Shown: positions 27,475-32,000 of the stretch, in pieces
How the letters are laid out: each line of letters starts with the position of its first letter
Position numbering within the stretch: the first letter of the stretch is position 1
Source: Pasteurella multocida
GTDB taxonomy: Bacteria > Pseudomonadota > Gammaproteobacteria > Enterobacterales > Pasteurellaceae
NCBI RefSeq assembly: GCF_900187275.1
Contig: NZ_LT906458.1
Span: forward strand, 780,001-812,000
Direction: 5' to 3'
Length of the DNA: 32,000 nt
Notes under the pieces: generated by a model
Told to the model about the DNA's origin: nothing
The model's input: the letters and a program-made list of their open reading frames with translations, nothing else
Database searches by the model: none
Position numbers and translations under genes: made by a program

Positions 27475-28902
27475 CTAATATCCCATCCCTAAGAAAAAGA
27501 GTACCACCATCATTAAGATTTGTTCTTCTGGAATTGGTTGTCCATTTAATTTAAGTGCATCGTTTTCGAGTAACAACCCTAAATTAATCGTTTTTTCATT
27601 CTCCACAAAAACGCCTTGATTAATCGTCTCTGCAAAGGTTTCCTCCATTATTTGTGTCGCGCTTAACATGGCTTCTTCTTTGTTTTTACCTTGCGCTTCT
27701 TCTGTCATGGCTAACAGTTTGATCATAGCGTCTTTACTTAAATCGACATTCACCGCCAATTGCTTAAATAGCGATAAGACTTTACCTTGCTCTAACATGT
27801 CGACATCGCCATTTGCCATTTCCACCACAAGATTTGCTTTCAGATCGCCCCCATCCGTCGTGAGTTTGAATGGCTCAATCTGTAATAATGGCTGGTTCCT
27901 TAAAATGGTTTTGGCTAATGCTTGAATTTGATCATCTGGTAACGCTTCATGTTCTGCTGTTTTTTCCACTATATCGAAAAGGGTATTCATCGTATTCCCT
28001 TCAACATGCGCTAATTTCACCCCAGCCTGAAACTCACCCACAGACTTGCCATTGACTAACATTTCTGGGGCTTTAGTGAACACGTTATAGTCAACAAAAG
28101 CATCATTCTTTTGTGTATTAATATCTAATGACATGTTTCGGTATTCAACATTAAACTCTCTCATGTCTTGCTCAGAAAGTGAGAGACGGAAACTGTCCAC
28201 TTCCATGGTTTGTTTACCTAATGGAATATGTTCCCACTCAGAATGTTTTAAATCACTTTTTGCTTTAATATTATTCAATTCAACCAATGTTTTAGCGTTA
28301 TTATCATCACTCTCAAATAGGAATTTCAATCCATCAATATTCGCGTCAGATTGCCCCACACCTTCGGCAGTCAGCTTATTAAATTTAACATCAACGCCTT
28401 TCCAAACGATATCAACATCGCTGAATGCTAATTTTGCAGGTGCCATTTTAGCCTCTCCTGTAAAAGTAGAATCAAAACCGACTTTAATTTTACTTTCAAA
28501 AGGATTCTGCCCTTGTGCATAATCAAACCAAGCTTGCGTATCTTCATTTTTGACAATGCGATCATGGGTTGAAAATAAAATAGGCACTAAATCAAAATGC
28601 GTAATACGATCTAATGGGAAAGGTCCATGATATACCGTACTTTCAAAAGGAATTTTGAAGCTCATATCAGGAAAGGCTGCAACAAAATCATAAGTAACGT
28701 TTGAACTAAAAATGCCGCGTTCAATTTTTAAATTGTCGAATTTCACTTCGCTCCCTGGTTTTGCACCAACAAACTTCGCATTAATTAAATCTAAACGCTG
28801 TTGCGCACTTTCTTCCACTGATTTTCCGGTATACCATGCACTCCCCGTCCAAACAGCCCCTAACGCAACAATAACACCTAATGCAACTAATGATTTTTTC
28901 AT
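27475..28902 (-). CDS. YdgA-like (DUF945 family) protein
   Basis: 475 aa; MKKSLVALGVIVALGAVWTGSAWYTGKSVEESAQQRLDLINAK...; N-terminal signal/anchor and YdgA-like pattern. Confidence 0.8.
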   Translation of the reverse strand: MKKSLVALGVIVALGAVWTGSAWYTGKSVEESAQQRLDLINAKFVGAKPGSEVKFDNLKIERGIFSSNVTYDFVAAFPDMSFKIPFESTVYHGPFPLDRITHFDLVPILFSTHDRIVKNEDTQAWFDYAQGQNPFESKIKVGFDSTFTGEAKMAPAKLAFSDVDIVWKGVDVKFNKLTAEGVGQSDANIDGLKFLFESDDNNAKTLVELNNIKAKSDLKHSEWEHIPLGKQTMEVDSFRLSLSEQDMREFNVEYRNMSLDINTQKNDAFVDYNVFTKAPEMLVNGKSVGEFQAGVKLAHVEGNTMNTLFDIVEKTAEHEALPDDQIQALAKTILRNQPLLQIEPFKLTTDGGDLKANLVVEMANGDVDMLEQGKVLSLFKQLAVNVDLSKDAMIKLLAMTEEAQGKNKEEAMLSATQIMEETFAETINQGVFVENEKTINLGLLLENDALKLNGQPIPEEQILMMVVLFFLGMGY

Positions 28903-29046
28903 AAATAAATTTCCTAAATTAACGATGTGATGAAAGCACTCAATTTACCACAAATCCAGATTGTATAAAATATCTTCTTTTCTATCTGCTTAGTTTATAG
29001 AAATAAATTTATCCACCCATTTCCTCAAATAAATTTTTCATTTCCT

Positions 29047-29074
29047 CTTGAACTTTCACTTTTTACCCTTATTT
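29047..29074 (+). promoter_or_regulatory. Putative sigma32 promoter P1 for dnaK
   Basis: CTTGAAC-N13-CCTTATTT, compared with CTTGAAA-N13/15-CCCCATNT. Confidence 0.6.
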
Positions 29075-29164
29075 ACAACACGACAAGCTGATTTAACAAT
29101 GTTGTTCTTTCTCAAATTGAGTGAATAAACGCCATGATGAAATTCAAAAAATTTTATTTTGTCA

Positions 29165-29192
29165 CTTGAAATATGAAATTTCGTCCTTACTT
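29165..29192 (+). promoter_or_regulatory. Putative sigma32 promoter P2 for dnaK
   Basis: CTTGAAA-N13-CCTTACTT. Confidence 0.65.
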
Positions 29193-29255
29193 TGAGAAAG
29201 CAAATCGAATGATTCACTATTAACGAATTTACAAGTTTATTTTAGGAGAAACAAA

Positions 29256-31160
29256 ATGGGAAAAATTATTGGTATTGACTTAGGTACAACTAACTCTTGT
29301 GTTGCGGTGATGGATGGCGATAAACCACGTGTGATTGAAAACGCGGAAGGTGATCGCACAACTCCATCAATTATTGCTTATACGCAAGATAACGAAACCT
29401 TAGTCGGTCAACCGGCAAAACGTCAAGCAGTCACAAACCCGAAAAATACGCTATTTGCGATCAAACGTTTAATTGGTCGTCGTTTCCAAGATGAAGAAGT
29501 GCAACGTGATGTAAGCATCATGCCATTTGAAATTGTCGCGGCAGATAACGGCGACGCATGGGTTGGTGTGAAAGGTGAAAAAATGGCACCACCACAAATC
29601 TCTGCGGAAGTATTGAAAAAAATGAAGAAAACGGCAGAAGATTTCTTAGGTGAGCCTGTTACTGAAGCGGTTATCACGGTACCTGCTTATTTCAACGATG
29701 CACAACGTCAAGCGACCAAAGATGCCGGTCGTATCGCAGGATTAGAAGTTAAACGTATTATTAACGAACCGACTGCGGCTGCCCTTGCTTATGGTTTAGA
29801 TAAAGGTCAAGGTAACAAAACTATCGCAGTTTATGACTTAGGGGGCGGTACATTCGACTTATCTATCATTGAGATCGATGAAGTTGGTGGTGAAAAAACG
29901 TTCGAAGTATTATCTACCAACGGGGATACGCATTTAGGGGGTGAAGACTTCGATAACCGTGTGATCAACTACTTAGTCGATGAGTTCAAAAAAGAACAAG
30001 GTGTGGACTTACGTAACGATCCATTAGCAATGCAACGTTTGAAAGAAGCGGGTGAAAAAGCCAAAATTGAACTGTCTTCTGCACAACAAACCGATGTCAA
30101 TCTTCCATACATCACCGCAGATGCGACTGGACCAAAACACTTAAACATTAAATTAACCCGTGCAAAACTAGAATCATTAGTTGAGGATTTAGTGTCTCGC
30201 TCATTAGAGCCAGTGAAAATTGCCTTAGCTGATGCTGGTTTAAGCGTATCGCAAATTGATGATGTCATCCTTGTTGGTGGTCAAACCCGTATGCCACTTG
30301 TACAACAAAAAGTGGAAGCCTTCTTTGGTAAAGCACCTCGTAAAGACGTGAACCCAGATGAAGCGGTGGCAATTGGTGCTGCAGTACAAGGCGGTGTGTT
30401 AGCCGGTGATGTCAAAGATGTCTTGTTATTAGACGTTACCCCACTTTCATTAGGTATCGAAACCATGGGTGGCGTGATGACAACCTTGATTGAGAAAAAC
30501 ACTACGATTCCAACGAAGAAATCACAAGTGTTCTCAACGGCAGAAGATAACCAAAGTGCGGTAACTATCCACGTACTTCAAGGTGAGCGTAAACGTGCGG
30601 CAGACAACAAATCTTTAGGTCAATTCAACCTAGAAGGGATCAACCCAGCACCACGCGGTATGCCACAAATTGAAGTGACTTTCGACATTGATGCGGACGG
30701 TATCATCCACGTTTCTGCGAAAGATAAAGGCACAAACAAAGAGCAAAAAATCACGATTAAAGCCTCTTCCGGTTTAACCGATGAAGAAATTCAACAAATG
30801 GTACGTGATGCAGAAGCGAACGCCGAAGCAGACCGTAAATTTGAAGAATTAGTGCAAGCCCGTAACCAAGCGGATCATTTAGTTCACGGCACTCGCAAAC
30901 AATTAAGCGAAGTGGGCGATAAATTATCTGCTGAAGATAAAGCACCAATCGAAAAAGCGGTTGCAGAATTAGAAACTGCAGCGAAAGGTGAAGATAAAGC
31001 GGAAATCGAAGCGAAAGTACAAGCATTAATTCAAGTATCTGAAAAATTAATGCAAGCTGCACAACCACAACCAGAAGCGCAAGCACAGCAAGCGCAAAGC
31101 GGTAAGTCAAATGATGATGTGGTGGATGCAGAATTTGAAGAAGTGAAAGACAACAAATAA
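29256..31160 (+). CDS. dnaK: Molecular chaperone DnaK (Hsp70)
   Basis: [55 protein letters not shown]-terminus [15 protein letters not shown]. Confidence 0.99.
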   Translation: MGKIIGIDLGTTNSCVAVMDGDKPRVIENAEGDRTTPSIIAYTQDNETLVGQPAKRQAVTNPKNTLFAIKRLIGRRFQDEEVQRDVSIMPFEIVAADNGDAWVGVKGEKMAPPQISAEVLKKMKKTAEDFLGEPVTEAVITVPAYFNDAQRQATKDAGRIAGLEVKRIINEPTAAALAYGLDKGQGNKTIAVYDLGGGTFDLSIIEIDEVGGEKTFEVLSTNGDTHLGGEDFDNRVINYLVDEFKKEQGVDLRNDPLAMQRLKEAGEKAKIELSSAQQTDVNLPYITADATGPKHLNIKLTRAKLESLVEDLVSRSLEPVKIALADAGLSVSQIDDVILVGGQTRMPLVQQKVEAFFGKAPRKDVNPDEAVAIGAAVQGGVLAGDVKDVLLLDVTPLSLGIETMGGVMTTLIEKNTTIPTKKSQVFSTAEDNQSAVTIHVLQGERKRAADNKSLGQFNLEGINPAPRGMPQIEVTFDIDADGIIHVSAKDKGTNKEQKITIKASSGLTDEEIQQMVRDAEANAEADRKFEELVQARNQADHLVHGTRKQLSEVGDKLSAEDKAPIEKAVAELETAAKGEDKAEIEAKVQALIQVSEKLMQAAQPQPEAQAQQAQSGKSNDDVVDAEFEEVKDNK

Positions 31161-31182
31161 TTTCACTCCTCACAAAAAATCG

Positions 31183-31204
31183 AAGGGCGTAGCGATACGC
31201 CCTT
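31183..31204 (+). terminator. Hairpin after dnaK
   Basis: AAGGGCGTA-GCGA-TACGCCCTT immediately after the dnaK stop; weak T-tract. Confidence 0.7.
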
Positions 31205-31284
31205 TCGGTGTATTGATTAATCCTCATTTTTCCTCACTTTATTTTTCTCAAGTGAAGTGAGGAAAAAACAATCTGGAGGAAAAA

Positions 31285-31683
31285 ATGGCTTTAACACTCT
31301 ACCCCATTGTGCAACAACGCTTGAATAACAAGATTGCCCATGAGATTATCCCTGCCCTGTGGCAAAACACGCTCAAGCAATTACCACAAGATCAGGATTG
31401 TTATGGGGTTTATTTCAATTATGCGGGCGATCACCAAGCGGATTATGATTTTGCGATTGCGAGTAGTGCTGTTTTAAAAACAGATTTTCCCACGATTGAC
31501 ATTGAGGATTTGAATGTTTACGAAGTTTTTCGTTGTAAAACGGATGAAATTTATCAAACGTGGCAACTGATCTGGAAAAAAGAACAACAAGGTTTACTTA
31601 AACGGGCTTATTCGGTGGATTTTGAAAAATACTACCCTGATGGTTTGGTAGAAATTTACATCGCTGTTGTACCACATTGTTAA
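31285..31683 (+). CDS. Small conserved protein, possibly GyrI-like/effector-binding fold
   Basis: 132 aa ORF with GGAGG Shine-Dalgarno upstream. C-terminal ...KRAYSVDFEKYYPDGLVEIYIAVVPHC resembles the end of effector-binding domain proteins. Confidence 0.7.
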   Translation: MALTLYPIVQQRLNNKIAHEIIPALWQNTLKQLPQDQDCYGVYFNYAGDHQADYDFAIASSAVLKTDFPTIDIEDLNVYEVFRCKTDEIYQTWQLIWKKEQQGLLKRAYSVDFEKYYPDGLVEIYIAVVPHC

Positions 31684-31756
31684 GCCAAAAGTGTGTTCAA
31701 TATTTTATAAAAAATGACCGCACTTTACTCCCCAAAACAAACTCAAGGAAAACACA

Positions 31757-32000
31757 ATGGAATTTGCAACAAAATGTCTACATGCCGGTTATACACCGAA
31801 AAATGGTGAGCCTCGTGTTCAACCGATCGTACAAAGTACCACTTTTACTTACGATTCCGCCGAAGAAATTGGTAAGTTATTTGATTTACAAGCGGCTGGC
31901 TATTTTTACACCCGCCTTTCAAATCCTACTACCAATGCGGCAGAAGAAAAAATTACCGCACTTGAAGGCGGTGTAGCAACCATGTGTACCGCATCAGGGC
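31757..32000 (+). CDS. metY: O-acetylhomoserine aminocarboxypropyltransferase / Cys-Met metabolism PLP enzyme, 5' part only
   Basis: MEFATKCLHAGYTPKNGEPRVQPIVQSTTFTYDSAEEIGKLFDLQAAGYFYTRLSNPTTNAAEEKITALEGGVATMCTASG; truncated by the window end. Confidence 0.88.
   Translation, partial: MEFATKCLHAGYTPKNGEPRVQPIVQSTTFTYDSAEEIGKLFDLQAAGYFYTRLSNPTTNAAEEKITALEGGVATMCTASG

Noticed and set aside
30757-31227. 156-aa minus-strand ORF over the dnaK 3' end
   Set aside because: Leucine-rich shadow ORF fully antisense to conserved dnaK codons, with no family resemblance. Same reasoning applies to 29423..29677, 29969..30268 and 30281..30502.

Overview
This window looks like a chromosomal segment from a Pasteurellaceae bacterium. 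The basis is repeated Hin-type DNA uptake signal sequences (AAGTGCGGT/ACCGCACTT) and housekeeping genes in Haemophilus/Pasteurella-like order. On the minus strand, 1..3558 is a large YadA-like trimeric autotransporter adhesin that runs off the left edge; the ORF track omits it, but I read the frame as open throughout. Next come greA(-), dacB(+), nrdA(+) with tandem NrdR-box-like sites, an NSS-family Na+-dependent transporter(+) with an untracked 30-aa small-subunit ORF, nrdB(+) and a yfaE-like 2Fe-2S ferredoxin(+). A complete tetrathionate respiration locus follows: ttrA/ttrC/ttrB(-) divergent from ttrS/ttrR(+), with a perfect FNR-type palindrome between them. After that are dapB(-), LysE/RhtB exporter(-), pgpA(-), thiL(-), nusB(-), ribH(-), a tyrP-like permease(+) with TyrR-box-like sites, a nitroreductase(-), htrA/degP(+), a YdgA/DUF945 protein(-), dnaK(+) with two sigma32-like promoters, a small conserved protein(+), and the 5' end of a metY-like gene(+). 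I found no CRISPR array, transposase, phage gene, toxin-antitoxin pair, tRNA or rRNA that I could support. I also found no convincing undescribed multi-gene system. The more interesting items are the adhesin architecture, the tetrathionate locus and its control region, the missed small ORF, and several regulatory sites.
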